Assembly: GCA_963754875.1 (NCBI GenBank)
Contig: CAVWHO010000007.1
Location: 32,001 to 96,000 of the forward strand
Reading direction: 5' to 3'
DNA from: Nitrospirota bacterium
GTDB taxonomy: Bacteria; Nitrospirota; UBA9217
Length of the DNA stretch: 64,000 bases
Both the position numbers and the translations under genes were made by a program. Shown one piece after another: positions 17,216 to 28,750 of this stretch (position 1 is its first letter; every line of letters begins with the position of its first letter). Below the pieces are notes generated by a model. That model did not search any database and was not told the origin of the DNA. It saw only the letters and a program-made list of their open reading frames with translations.

Positions 17216-20185
17216 TCAGACTATCCGATTTTTGTCCAGAACTTCACGCACCTTGCGAAGGAAGGCATTCGGAGAGAATGGTTTAGAGATGAATTCCGTC
17301 CCACGGTCCAGGATACCCTTTTTGTGGATGATATTGGCTGTATATCCGCTCATGAAAAGCGCTTTGATGCCCGGCTTCAAGCCTCTGATCTTCTCATATA
17401 CCACTTTTCCGTTTATACCGGGCATGACGACATCGAGAATGAGAAGCTCAACATGGGGGTTGGCTTTATACTCTTTGACGGCATCCTCGCCATTTTCAGC
17501 AAGTACAACGCGGTAGCCAAATTCCTCTAGGACCTTCTTCGCCAGGTTGCGCACCGCCTCAGCATCCTCTGCAAGGAGTATGGTCTCTGTGCCTCTGGTC
17601 ACGGGCGGCATAACCGCGATATCGAGTTTTTCTGCATCACGCTCGATGGCCGGTAGATATATTTTGAAGGTCGTGCCTTTCCCCGGCTCGCTGTAAACAT
17701 TGATGTAGCCGTTGTGCTGTTTGACAATCCCGTACACTATGGAAAGCCCCAGACCCGTGCCTTTCCCCACGCCCTTCGTGGTGAAGAATGGCTCGAACAT
17801 CTTTTCCTGGGTCTTTGCATCTATTCCTAGTCCCGTATCCGTCACTGATATACGCATGTATTTCCCGGGCTGTGCAAAGACATGCCGCCGGACATAGTCT
17901 TCATCAAATTCCTCGAGCTCGGTCTCAATGATCAGCATCCCGCCGTTCGGCATGGCGTCCCTCGCATTCGTGGCGAGGTTCATGAGCACCTGATCGATCT
18001 GGCCGGTGTCGGACAAGACCGTGGCTTCCTGAGAAGAAAGAACCGTCCTCAGTTCAATGTCCTCGCCGATGACCTTGGTTAGGATATTCTCGAGCTGCTT
18101 GATGACACCGTTCAAACGGGCAGGTTTGGGGTTTATGATTTGCTTTCTGCTGAATGCAAGGAGCCCCTGAGTAAGGCTCGTCGCCCGCTCTGCGGATGCG
18201 AGCACCTGTTCGACATGGCCATGGGCTGTGCTGTCGAGTGTAGTCTTCATAAGCAGAAGATTTCCGTAGCCGACGATGGCGGTGAGGATATTATTAAAAT
18301 CATGCGCCACCCCGCCGGCAAGGAGACCCACCGCCTCCATCTTCTGTGCCTGAAAAAGCTGGGCTTCGAGGCTTTTCTTCTCCGAGATGTCGCGAAGGAT
18401 GGTGTCGGACATCAGGACTCCTCCCTCTTTGTCATAGATTGCCTTGGATCTGGCGAATACAGGAATGTGCCTGCCGTCTCTTGCAAGAAGGGTTAGCGCG
18501 CCCTCAAAAAAGCCGGTGGTCCTCAGAGTTTCCATTTTACCCAAGACAACGTCCCTTTCCTCGGGTACAATGATATCTTTCAGAAGGCGTCCGGCGAGTT
18601 CCTCGAATTCGTATCCCAGGGTTTTCGCCTCAGTCTGGTTGCACATGATGATGTGCCCGCTCCGGTCGACTGAGTGCATCATATCCGGTGCATCGTCATA
18701 GAGCTTCCGATACCGCTCCTTGACCTCATCAAGCTGCTTTTCCAGAGTCACGAGGCCTGTCACGTCCATGAGCGTTTCAATGACGGCGGTGATCGCGCCG
18801 GACGAACTCTTAAGGGGATATGCATTCGTTTCAAAATAGAGGGGCTTCCCGTCCTTGTCGGTGTGGGTATGGAGCGACCGGTGGCGTTCACCGGTTTCAA
18901 AGCATTTCTGCACTGTGCAGTCACATCCCCCTGCCTGCTTAAAACAGGGCTGGTCTATGTGGTGGGATATCTCATAGCAGTGTTTCCCGATGATTGAGTC
19001 ACAGGACGTTTTCACCTGGTTGCAGTAGCCCTGATTCGCAGAAAGGATCCGGTAGTCCTTTCCGATAACCACCACACCTTCTCCGACGCCATCGAGCACC
19101 GCAGCACGGAAGGATTCCGACTCCCGCAATTTCTGCTCTGCTTCCTTTCTTTTACTCGCCATGCGGTCAAAGGATTCTGCGACATCCTGGAGTTCGTCGT
19201 GGCCTGACAGTTTAAGAGTAACGGAGAGGTTGCCGAGCTCCATTTCCTTTAGACCAGCCTTAAGCAACTTGATATTGCCCGTTATCTTATTTGATAGGAG
19301 GAATGACAGAATAAGTGAAAATAAACTAACGATCAACAGGACAAGAATATAGCGCTTGCCGAATGCGTAGGCTGGATGATAGGCAAGCTCTTTCGGCACC
19401 CCGACGATAACCGTCCAGCCTGTTCTGGTCAGCTTTTTGTAGCTGTAGAGTCGCTCTATGCCGTCCCCTCCTCTCTCTTTCAAGCTGCCATTGCTCCCGG
19501 CGATCAGTTGTATCACGCGTTGAGGGATTTTTCTACACGTGCTGATATTCTGCTCAGAGCCGGTACAAACCAGAATGTTGGCCTTGGAATCGACGATCGC
19601 GATGGAGTATCCTGCCTGCTCGGGCTGCGACTTCATGATCATAGCGCGGACAACTGCAAGGTTCAGTGGCATTCCAATTACTCCCACCTGCCTCTTACTG
19701 TTGTCGAACACAGGTATGGCAATCATGGTGGAAGGTATCTTGAATAGTTTCGAGACATGCAGATCACCAACCACATCAACGCCCTTCCGTGCCCTCACAA
19801 ACCAGTCCTTGTCGTTGTAGTTCAGTTTTCTCACACCCTGAGTAAACACGCCGCTTCCATAATTATTACCATCCATATCAGCGGCGAGGATATTGAGATG
19901 AGCGGGATAGGAGGGAAGCAGTTCGCTGAATAGCCGATCGCAAGCCCTGGTGTCTTTGCTGATGACAGCAGGGTACTTTGAAAGTGACCGGAGGGCTGAG
20001 AATGATGCATCAATGAGGTGATCGATATTTGTTGCAACGCTGCTCGCAATAATAAGATTACTGGTTTTGATGTCCTCTTTTTCGTATTTATACATCGAAT
20101 AAACGTTGTAGCTGGAAAAGATAAGCAGGGGGACAAAAATCAAGAGGACAATGGATGCAAGCTTGTATTTAATCGGGATTCTCAT
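17216..20185 (-). CDS. Hybrid sensor histidine kinase (Cache-HAMP-PAS-PAS-HisKA-HATPase-REC)
   Basis: Two TM segments, GVAHDFNNIL H-box, NARDAM, FFTTK..GKGTGLGL, C-terminal receiver. Confidence 0.95.
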   Translation of the reverse strand: MRIPIKYKLASIVLLIFVPLLIFSSYNVYSMYKYEKEDIKTSNLIIASSVATNIDHLIDASFSALRSLSKYPAVISKDTRACDRLFSELLPSYPAHLNILAADMDGNNYGSGVFTQGVRKLNYNDKDWFVRARKGVDVVGDLHVSKLFKIPSTMIAIPVFDNSKRQVGVIGMPLNLAVVRAMIMKSQPEQAGYSIAIVDSKANILVCTGSEQNISTCRKIPQRVIQLIAGSNGSLKERGGDGIERLYSYKKLTRTGWTVIVGVPKELAYHPAYAFGKRYILVLLIVSLFSLILSFLLSNKITGNIKLLKAGLKEMELGNLSVTLKLSGHDELQDVAESFDRMASKRKEAEQKLRESESFRAAVLDGVGEGVVVIGKDYRILSANQGYCNQVKTSCDSIIGKHCYEISHHIDQPCFKQAGGCDCTVQKCFETGERHRSLHTHTDKDGKPLYFETNAYPLKSSSGAITAVIETLMDVTGLVTLEKQLDEVKERYRKLYDDAPDMMHSVDRSGHIIMCNQTEAKTLGYEFEELAGRLLKDIIVPEERDVVLGKMETLRTTGFFEGALTLLARDGRHIPVFARSKAIYDKEGGVLMSDTILRDISEKKSLEAQLFQAQKMEAVGLLAGGVAHDFNNILTAIVGYGNLLLMKTTLDSTAHGHVEQVLASAERATSLTQGLLAFSRKQIINPKPARLNGVIKQLENILTKVIGEDIELRTVLSSQEATVLSDTGQIDQVLMNLATNARDAMPNGGMLIIETELEEFDEDYVRRHVFAQPGKYMRISVTDTGLGIDAKTQEKMFEPFFTTKGVGKGTGLGLSIVYGIVKQHNGYINVYSEPGKGTTFKIYLPAIERDAEKLDIAVMPPVTRGTETILLAEDAEAVRNLAKKVLEEFGYRVVLAENGEDAVKEYKANPHVELLILDVVMPGINGKVVYEKIRGLKPGIKALFMSGYTANIIHKKGILDRGTEFISKPFSPNAFLRKVREVLDKNRIV

Positions 20186-20383
20186 AATGATTATTTTCAG
20201 TTAACAATGTTCATTATATCATTAGTATCCGATTGTTACACGAATAATTTCAACTGGTTCCGTCATGAGTATCGGTTTCGTGATCAATCGCATTGTGAAC
20301 TATTTTGAGAAATGGACTTTTTCTCAACAAGGTTGGCCTCGCCTCCAAAATCTATAAAATTGTATAGAGAATGCCGGGAATAT

Positions 20384-21985
20384 TTAGCTCCTGACAGTTT
20401 TAATATCAGCTGTGGCTTTGCCCAGCTCCACGGCGATATCCGAAAGATGCCACACTTCGCTAGTAACGTTGTCTGCCATTTTCTCCATGTCCCGTGAAAT
20501 GCTTGAGGTGGATTCAATATTTTTCGCTATTTCCGCTGCCGTTGCCGACTGCTGCTCGACTGCCGTCGCAATCTGATTAATCTGGTCCTTCACCTTCGTG
20601 ATCGACTCCGTGATGGTCTCGAGAACATTATTCAAGTTCTTGATATGCCCTGCGGCCTTCGTAACTCCCTTTGCAGATGCCGCCATCGAGGCCGCGGTCT
20701 GGCTGGACTCTGACTGGATCGCGCCGATTTCCGTCGAAATCTCCGCGGTCGCCTGAATGGTTCTTTCTGCCAATTTTCTTATCTCGTCAGCCACGACGGC
20801 AAACCCGACTCCCTGTTCTCCGGCCCGTGCAGCCTCTATTGCAGCATTCAAGGCAAGGAGATTCGTTTGATCCGCGATACCCTTGATGACCGTCACGATG
20901 TTTCCGATCTCCGACGCCCTTTTGTTCAGCTTTTCGATCGTATTTGACAACTCCTGTGTCGAACCGTTGAGTTCATTGATCGTATCCACGGAGATATTCG
21001 TTATCTGTTTCGCGTTCTCCGCTATTTCCATGGCATCCTTTGAGGTGTCGGCGGATTCACCGGCGTTTTTTGCTATGTCCGCGATGGTCTGGTTCATCTC
21101 CTCGGCAGCCACCGCGATCATGTGCGCCTGACCCGCCTGTTTTTTCGACCCTTCCGAGGTGGTTTCGGCGTGGCCTCTGACGATATCTACCGCGGGCATT
21201 ATTTTGGCGGAAGCCTGAATAATAGTATTAAGCATGCGCGAAAAATGTTTGATGACCATGTCCACATTCTGCGACATTTGGGCTATTTCGTCTTTGCCTT
21301 CCCGGAAGAGCGAGGTATCGGTATATCCTTCCCCAACTCGCCTCACCTTTGCGATCAAGTCCTTCATGGGAGAATGGGTCAGGTGGACGAGACTCAGGAC
21401 AATGATCGTCATAGCGATGATGCCGCATAGTCCAAGTACGCCGTAAAGAAATTGCATCGCCCGTATCCTGCCAAAGGATTCCCTGAGCGGCACTTTGATG
21501 CTGATGGCCCCTAGAACCGTTCCTTCCTTCACATTGTGGCAGGACAGACAGTTCTTGCCCATAAATTTTTCTTTAGCGATATAGGGATATACCCCCCGGA
21601 TGGAATCTCCTTCCATGATAATCCGTTCCACTCCTTTTTCGATAACCTCCCGGTCCAGGGCATCGACGGCATACTCTTCGGCATTCCCTTTCCCAAAATC
21701 TCTATCCACGCTTTCCGACCGGATGACCCTCAAATCAACAATGGTCCGCATCTGTTCCAGGAAGGGCCCTTTGGTTTCCTTGATGTTGTTTGCCAGCATC
21801 ATAGTCGTGAGGGTATTCAGGATAGTATCCCTGTATCCCGAAAGCGTCGAACGCTCTACCTCGTGAAGGACAATGGACTCTGTTTTATACCCCGTAACCA
21901 CAGTTATAATAACTACCCCCAAGGTAATAAAAAAGAGGATCGGTGCGGCAAGCTTCCATTTTATTGAGATATCCCTAATTTTCAT
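20384..21985 (-). CDS. Methyl-accepting chemotaxis protein with periplasmic heme-c (CxxCH) sensor
   Basis: [23 protein letters not shown] signalling domain. CLSCH lies between the two TM segments. Confidence 0.93.
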   Translation of the reverse strand: MKIRDISIKWKLAAPILFFITLGVVIITVVTGYKTESIVLHEVERSTLSGYRDTILNTLTTMMLANNIKETKGPFLEQMRTIVDLRVIRSESVDRDFGKGNAEEYAVDALDREVIEKGVERIIMEGDSIRGVYPYIAKEKFMGKNCLSCHNVKEGTVLGAISIKVPLRESFGRIRAMQFLYGVLGLCGIIAMTIIVLSLVHLTHSPMKDLIAKVRRVGEGYTDTSLFREGKDEIAQMSQNVDMVIKHFSRMLNTIIQASAKIMPAVDIVRGHAETTSEGSKKQAGQAHMIAVAAEEMNQTIADIAKNAGESADTSKDAMEIAENAKQITNISVDTINELNGSTQELSNTIEKLNKRASEIGNIVTVIKGIADQTNLLALNAAIEAARAGEQGVGFAVVADEIRKLAERTIQATAEISTEIGAIQSESSQTAASMAASAKGVTKAAGHIKNLNNVLETITESITKVKDQINQIATAVEQQSATAAEIAKNIESTSSISRDMEKMADNVTSEVWHLSDIAVELGKATADIKTVRS

Positions 21986-22276
21986 GGCGTCCCTTCTATG
22001 ACCAACATCTTCGGTTGATTGCGCGATAGAACGCTTCTTCACACAGCGTAGCTACTTACACTTACAAACGGCGCTTTCGGGAAAGATCTCTTCCAAAGTC
22101 TTTTGAGTGCTGGAACGTCCCATTGCCGGTTGCCGAATCATAATTGAGCCCCAAGGTACGGAAATCGTATAATGCCAGAGTAAAGCAAGACGTTTGGTTC
22201 TGTATAACAGCAGCAATGTAGCCAAGGCAAATTTTCTTGTCAGTAAACGTACAACCATTCGATAGACTGATCAGCG

Positions 22277-24762
22277 TTATGAATTTAGCACCTTTTCCAA
22301 TACATTTTGTAGGTTATCAATACTGTAGGGTTTTTTGAGGAACGCCTTGAATCCCTGCTCTTTGTGTTTCGCTACAACGGAATCATCAGAGTATCCACTC
22401 GAAACAACAGCATTAGCTCCCGGATCGATTTCCAATAGTTTGTGAATTGTTTCAGCGCCTCCCATCCCGTCCCGGATCGTAAGATCCAGGATGACAACAT
22501 CGAAAGGTTTCCCCAATTGCTTCGCCAATTGGTATTTATAAATCGCCTCCTCGCCATTCGCCGCGACTTGCACCTCATGCCCGAGAGCCCTAAGCAATTC
22601 CCCGCCGACATCACGGATAACCGGTTCATCGTCCATAAGAAGTACTTTACCAGTACGAACTGGTGAAGCTACTGCCGTCAGTTGCAAAGGCTCGGCTTGT
22701 TGTCTTGCAGCAACGGCTGGAAGATAAATAAAAAAGGTGCTTCCTTTGCCTGCCTCAGAATTTACATCAATCAGCCCGCCATGGTTTTTAACAATGGAAT
22801 AGGACGTCGCTAGGCCTAAACCATTCCCTTTTTTCTTGGTCGTGAAATAGGGATCGAATATCCTAGCCAAGTGATGTTCCGGGATTCCAACGCCGCTATC
22901 CTTGATGGTAATCTCAATATATTTTCCTTTATACAAGCTCTGGGGCAGGACCTTATCAAACGATTGGACGTTCCTCGCAGTTATCTCCACCAGACCTCCC
23001 TCTGTCATGGACTGATCCGCATTCATGACGAGGTTCTGAATCACCTGCCCAATCTGGCCCTCGTCCGCTTCAACCTGCCACAGGCCTCTATCAGCAACTA
23101 TGTGGTAATCCGAGCGTGACCCACTCATCGCAAACTTAGCAGCATTATCAATTATCGGCAGGAGATCAAGCTGTTCTTTTACCGGCTTACCTCCCTTCGA
23201 AAAAGTCAAAAGCTGGTTTGTCAAAGTTACTGACATGTGCAGTGCCATCTCAGCCTGTTCGAGCGCAGCAAGGCACTTGGTTTGCTGGTCTACAGTAAGT
23301 CTTGCAAGGGAAATATAGCCAAACACACCCTGCAAAAGGTTGTTGAAGTCATGAGCAATGCCGCCAGCCAAGATCCCCATGGATTCAAGCTTCTGAACCC
23401 TCAGAGATTGCTCTTCCACCTTCTTGCGTTCGGAGATGTTGCTCACGATTCCCCGAAGTCCGACAGATCGGTTATCTCGTACAATAGGGCTCGAAACGAT
23501 GCTGATCGGAAATGTGGTTCCATCCTTCCGGAGCCCCTTAAAATCTCTGTACCCAGGTCGAACTCCTTTATATCGGAGGGAAATAAGCTCCCCTGCCCTT
23601 TCGCGGTCGTCTGGGGCCACCACTTGCATTACATTCACGCCAGCATCGACATCTTGCTGCTGATATCCGAAAACATCCAGACCGGCCCTGTTAATGTAAG
23701 TAATGCGCCCCTGCGGATCCGTTTCAAAGATCGTAAGTGGAAGAGATGCAGCCAGGTCTCGGAAACGCTCCTCGCTCTCCCGTAACGCCCCTTCCACCTT
23801 CTTTCTTTCGGTAATATCCCGTGTTACGCCAAGCAAAGCGACTATTTCGTCATTCCCATTTCGAAAAGGGACGGCATGGGTCTCCAGCCACAGATGCCTG
23901 CCTTTTATGCCAATTATCTCAAAAACCAGAATCCCGGACTCTCCTTTGAATACCTGTTTTGTCAGTTCCATGAAGTCTTTTTTATATTCTTCGGCGACCA
24001 AGGGGAGGACACTTTTGTCCTTAACCTGATCCAGTGAATCCACCTGGAGCATTGATAAGCCTCCCTTGTTCATCATGATAAGTTTTGCATCTGCATCAAG
24101 GAGTTTTACACATTCCGGCTCAGCGTCGATAATCGCCTGAAGCATATCTTCACTTTTCTTGAGTGCGATCTCTGCCTCTTTTCGTTCCTGAAGTTCACGT
24201 TCGAGGAGATTCTTGTCCACAGCAACATTCTGGATCCTTTTGACAAAGTTATCTATATCTAGCAGCATATTGTTGAATTCAACAAAACCGACATTGCTGC
24301 TGTTCGTTTCGAGTTTTGCCAAATCCCCAATACTACTGATATCCTGAATCTTCTGGTGAAACAGCTCAGTAGCTTTGATAATCCGTGCATTTAAAAGCTT
24401 AGAGATAACGCTTGTCAAAATGAAGGGAACTGGAGACAAGAAAAAGAAATAAAGAATAAACTTCTTTTCAAGGTTTTTAATTGTTGGTCCTATGTCCTGC
24501 TGCACGCTCACTGCAGCTAATATGTTCCCTAGTCTCTCCTTACGGTGACACTCCAAACAAACCCTTTTTGCCTCGACCGGATAAATATCGATCAGACGGA
24601 AACCCTTGCTATTATTAACAACAACGCCTCGTTTCAAAACGTTTTTTATATCATTATCCGTATCCGTTCCATCGTTTCTGTAAAGTTTGATTTGATATTC
24701 AGTATCCCCTCTTATCCCGGCTGTGGAGGCAAGGAGTTCATCCAGGTCTTTGCTTGTCCAGC
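22277..24762 (-). pseudogene. Hybrid histidine kinase (heme-c sensor, 2 PAS, REC), 5'-truncated by the IS21 element
   Basis: CLECH, GIAHDFNNLL and receiver motifs. The frame runs into the IS left end and the first TM segment is missing. Confidence 0.85.
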
Positions 24763-24767
24763 TGAGT

Positions 24768-24882
24768 ATTCTGCTCCAATTCAGGCAGCCATTCCACTGC
24801 AATTCAGGCACCTGTTCTGCTCCAATTCAGGCACCCATTCCACTGCAATTCGGGCCGGTGTTCCGCTCCAATTCAGGCACCC
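24768..24882 (+). repeat. Five tandem 23-bp subterminal repeats of the IS21 left end
   Basis: Units such as ATTCTGCTCCAATTCAGGCAGCC and ATTCCACTGCAATTCAGGCACCT. Three related inverted copies lie at about 27325-27393. Confidence 0.85.
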
Positions 24883-24963
24883 TCTAACGCATTAAACGAC
24901 GCTGGGTAAATTCTACAAATTCGTATATCCTGCTCCTTAAAATTCGCTTCTAAGGAGAGCTGG

Positions 24964-26505
24964 ATGACGAGAGAAAGAATACCCGTGCGAACAATTAAAG
25001 AAGTTTTACGCCTCAAATGGTCCTGCGGCCTAGACCGCCGCGCTATATCCAAAAGCTGTGGAATAGCCAGAAGCACCGTTGACGAGTATACGAAACGAGC
25101 CAGACAGGCCGGGCTATCATGGCCCCTGCCGGCAGACCTGGACGATACCGCCCTCGAGCATCTTCTCTACCCGCCGGTCATTGTCTCCACATCTCCACGT
25201 CCGCTCCCTGTATGGGAGGATGTTCACCGCGAGCTTGCGCGTAAAAGTGTTACCCTGATGCTCCTGTGGGACGAGTACAAAGCGCAATATCCTGAAGGAT
25301 ATCAGTACGCACATTTTTGTGACCTCTATCGCGCCTATGCAAAAAAGCTCGATATCTCCATGCGACAGGTTCATCTTGCAGGAGAAAAGCTGTTTGTTGA
25401 TTACTGTGGCCAAACAGTCTCGGTAATCGACAAATCCACCGGAGAGGTACACAACTGTCAGATCTTCGTCGCCGTCCTAGGCGCCAGCAACTTTACATAT
25501 GCCGAAGCAACGTTTACGCAGGGTCTGCCAGACTGGATCGGTTCCCATGTCCGGACCCTTAAGTTCATCGACGGTGTGCCCGAGATCCTGATCCCTGATA
25601 ATCTTCTCTCCGGCATCACCAAGGTCTGTCGCTATGAGCCAGGCGTCAATCGCACCTATCAAGAGCTTGCAGTTCATTACGGTGCTGCGGTCATTCCTGC
25701 CCGCGTCAGGAAGCCTAAAGACAAAGCGAAAGTTGAAGCCGGAGTCCTTCTGGTGCAGCGTTGGATCCTGGCAGCCCTCAGGAACCGTACCTTCTTCAGC
25801 CTCGCAGAACTCAATGCCGCTATCCGGGAACTGCTGGATAGACTCAATAACCGGCCCTTCAAGAAGCTCTCCGGCAGCCGTATGAGCCGTTTTCTGGAGA
25901 TCGATAAGCCTGCATTACAACCGCTGCCTGCTGTGGCCTTCGAGTACGCAGAATGGAAGATAAAAAAACGTTCCGGCATCGATTACCACGTCGAAGTCAA
26001 TGACCACTATTACAGCGTACCCTACCAACTCCGCAATGAATACCTGGACGTACGGCTAACGGAATCGATTGTAGAAGTCTTCTTTCACAACAAACGCATC
26101 GCCTCACATATCCGGTCCTATGCCAAGGGAAGACATACGACACTTGCCGAGCACATGCCGAAGTCCCATCGGGACTATGCTGACTGGACCCCAGAGCGCC
26201 TGATACGCTGGGCATCGGAAACCGGCAAATCAACGGCAGAGCTGGTTACGGCCATTCTCGCAAAGAAGCTTCACCCACAACAAGGCTTTCGTTCCTGTAT
26301 GGGGATCATCACTCTTTCCAAGAAGTTTGGCAAAGAACGCGTCGAGGCTGCCTGCAAGCGAGCACTCGCCATCGGGGGCATCAGTTTCGGAAGCGTCAAG
26401 TCCATCCTTGAAACAAATTTAGACAAAAAACCGTTACCAGAGCCAAAAGCCGCATCACAGGCGATCACTCACAGCAACATCCGTGGCAGCGAATACTATA
26501 ACTAA
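24964..26505 (+). CDS. istA: IS21 transposase IstA
   Basis: N-terminal HTH, rve-type core (FVDYCG, PDNL, PKDKAKVE). Confidence 0.96.
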   Translation: MTRERIPVRTIKEVLRLKWSCGLDRRAISKSCGIARSTVDEYTKRARQAGLSWPLPADLDDTALEHLLYPPVIVSTSPRPLPVWEDVHRELARKSVTLMLLWDEYKAQYPEGYQYAHFCDLYRAYAKKLDISMRQVHLAGEKLFVDYCGQTVSVIDKSTGEVHNCQIFVAVLGASNFTYAEATFTQGLPDWIGSHVRTLKFIDGVPEILIPDNLLSGITKVCRYEPGVNRTYQELAVHYGAAVIPARVRKPKDKAKVEAGVLLVQRWILAALRNRTFFSLAELNAAIRELLDRLNNRPFKKLSGSRMSRFLEIDKPALQPLPAVAFEYAEWKIKKRSGIDYHVEVNDHYYSVPYQLRNEYLDVRLTESIVEVFFHNKRIASHIRSYAKGRHTTLAEHMPKSHRDYADWTPERLIRWASETGKSTAELVTAILAKKLHPQQGFRSCMGIITLSKKFGKERVEAACKRALAIGGISFGSVKSILETNLDKKPLPEPKAASQAITHSNIRGSEYYN

Positions 26506-26523
26506 CTGCAAAAGGAGACTATT

Positions 26524-27264
26524 ATGTTAGCGCATCCCACACTCGACAAGATCGAACAACTCCGTCTTTTTGGCATGGCAAAAGCCCTGCGTGAACAACT
26601 GCAGAATCAAAAAGCGACTTCACTAAGCTTTGAGGAGCGGCTTGGGCTCCTTATTGACCGAGAACTGACAGAACGAGAGAACAGACGGCTTGTTACGCGC
26701 TTACGAGCTGCAAAACTGAGAATCTCAGCATCTATCGAAGACATCGACTTCCGTCAGCCCCGAGGGCTGGACAAATCGCTCATTCTGTCGCTTGCGTCGA
26801 ACCAGTGGATTATCGAGCATCACAATCTGCTTATCATCGGCCCGACCGGCGTGGGAAAGAGCTATCTTGCCTGCGCCCTGTCCCACAAAGCCTGCCGTGA
26901 TGGTCATGCCGTCGTGTATCAGAGGCTGCCGAGGCTTCTTGAAGATCTGGCCCTATCGCATCACGACGGACGGTATCGGAAACTGATGAAGTCACTTCTC
27001 AAGGCAGACCTGCTTGTCCTCGACGACTTCGGACTTGCTCCGCTCACGACGGAACAGCAAAGAGATCTTCTGGAAATCATCGAGGACCGTTATGATCGCC
27101 GGTCGACCCTCATAACTACCCAAATGCCGGTTAAGCACTGGCATGATATCCTGGCCGACCCGACCTTGGCTGACGCTATCATGGACCGTCTGGTGCATAA
27201 CGCCTACAAAATAGACCTGAAAGGAGAATCAATGAGAAAGAGCAAATCAAAGATCAATCGTTGA
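26524..27264 (+). CDS. istB: IS21 helper ATPase IstB
   Basis: GPTGVGKS Walker A, LLVLDD Walker B, DRLVHNA and GESMR motifs. Confidence 0.97.
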   Translation: MLAHPTLDKIEQLRLFGMAKALREQLQNQKATSLSFEERLGLLIDRELTERENRRLVTRLRAAKLRISASIEDIDFRQPRGLDKSLILSLASNQWIIEHHNLLIIGPTGVGKSYLACALSHKACRDGHAVVYQRLPRLLEDLALSHHDGRYRKLMKSLLKADLLVLDDFGLAPLTTEQQRDLLEIIEDRYDRRSTLITTQMPVKHWHDILADPTLADAIMDRLVHNAYKIDLKGESMRKSKSKINR

Positions 27265-27395
27265 CAAGTCAAAATCCCTATGAGATAGTAGCTTTAACCC
27301 AGCAATCGGTTATCCCGTTGGAGAGTGCCCGAATTGAATCGGAATGCGTGCCCGAAACGAAACCGAATGCCTGCCTGAATTCACCAGAATACACA

Positions 27396-27769
27396 ATAAC
27401 CAGTCAAGAACCGATATCAAAAAGGCATCATACGTTAAAATAACTCCGGCAGGTTCTTATTATTTATCAAATCTTATTTATGAATTCGTATATCATGACG
27501 CTATATTTATCGACACACCGATTTCTGATATCTCGTCTTTAAAGGACTTGCGCCGTTTATTTCACGCTACAGATATGGAATTGCGTTTAGAGCGTGCAAA
27601 CACATTTGTAAACTATTTGGCTATTTCAGAGGTTGATGAAATTAAGGGCCATCCTGAATATTTACATAACGAATTTACAAATAAATTTTTTAGTGAGGCA
27701 ATTAGGGAGCGGCTGAAGCCCATTGAAGCAGAAATAAGGCATAGGAACAATTTGCCAAAGAAGATATAG
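27396..27769 (+). pseudogene. 3' fragment of an AT-rich hypothetical gene cut by the IS
   Basis: Open frame from the IS right end to TAG at 27769 (VKITPAGSYYL...) with no start of its own. Confidence 0.55.
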
Positions 27770-28276
27770 TAGAACCTTTAGTTTCAGGTCCTGCGGTTTG
27801 ACAAAGGACACTATAGGGGACGTCTCTCTGTTTGTGTTACTGCGTTACCCCGATATCCCCCGGAGCCAGCGGTATTCAGCACGGCCGAACCTGCCAAAGC
27901 TCCTGCCCTGAACATCTTAGGGTCACCCATTTGAAGGCATCCTGTCAAGTGCAAAAGCCCACCCCATGGCGAGAAAATGAAATTTTCCCGCCGGTGTTTA
28001 CACAGTCATCGATTCCCTTACCATTGCCGTAGTTTCATTCAGTTTCGGTATCAGTTCTTCACTGTACCAGTCACCCATCTGGATTAAGGTCTGGTTGTTG
28101 ACACGCGGTTCTCAGAGTGACCCTTTCCCAGCGGAGCGGGGACCAGAAAATCTTCGGCTCCTTGCCGTGTCCAAAACGGGTTATCACAGATCGTGTGGTT
28201 GTCAGCCAGCCCCAGGGTGGCTCACGGCACGGGCAGTAAAGATCCCGATAACTCTATAGGGGAACTTCCTGGGGTC

Positions 28277-28311
28277 GGGAACTTCCTGGGGTCAGGTCCA
28301 TACTGTTGCAC
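28277..28311 (-). repeat. 35-bp inverted repeat partner, preceded by a partial tandem copy of GGGAACTTCCTGGGGTC
   Basis: Reverse complement of 16423-16457 with one mismatch. The 17-mer is duplicated at 28260-28276. Confidence 0.85.
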
Positions 28312-28470
28312 TATGCGATCAGAACCCGGGAGTGTCTTTAATTTTTATATTCCGTTTCGCCACACTCAGACAAACGAGACCGACACACGTCCGATTTTGC
28401 GGGCATTCGACGACGATTTGACTACGATCTGGACCCGACAGTGTCAGGTCTTTTATTTTGGTGTTTGTAC

Positions 28471-28750
28471 TTATCGATCTGCTGCTCTATATTTTGCCCT
28501 ACTCTCTTTCGCTATAAATCCGATCTTTTTTTTCGGCTTTTCCTCAACTGAAATTATTTGCCTTATCGCCTCAAACACGATCTGGAATTGTCCATCATAT
28601 TTCTTTTCGAGTTCGGCCAGTTTCCTCGCTAAGTCCCTATGACTTGAAATCATGATTCGCAATTTCCCGAAGGTTCTCATGATCTGGATATTGACTTGAA
28701 TTGCACGCGGACTGTTCAAGACGCTCGAAAGCATTGCGATGCCGGGACCT
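28471..28750 (-). pseudogene. C-terminal remnant of an ORF6N-domain DNA-binding protein
   Basis: GIAMLSSVLNSPRAIQVNIQIMRTF...LEKKYD.QF.IVFEAIRQ...KKKIGF. The N-terminal half is absent. Confidence 0.75.

Larger units (their letters stand above)
24763..27395 (+). mobile_element. IS21-family insertion sequence
   Basis: TG...CA ends with imperfect inverted repeats (TGAGTATTCTG...AATTCAGGCAG versus TGTGTATTCTG...AATTCAGGCAG). Multiple subterminal repeats. istA and istB present. Confidence 0.95.

Noticed and set aside
24768..24882. Regular 23-bp repeats resembling a mini-CRISPR
   Set aside because: The units are contiguous with no unique spacers, no cas genes are present, and they mirror the IS21 right end, so they are IS subterminal repeats.
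27780..28255. Long intergenic stretch considered as an ncRNA or small gene
   Set aside because: I found no recognisable tRNA, riboswitch or ncRNA motif and no convincing ORF with an RBS. It is probably decayed sequence.
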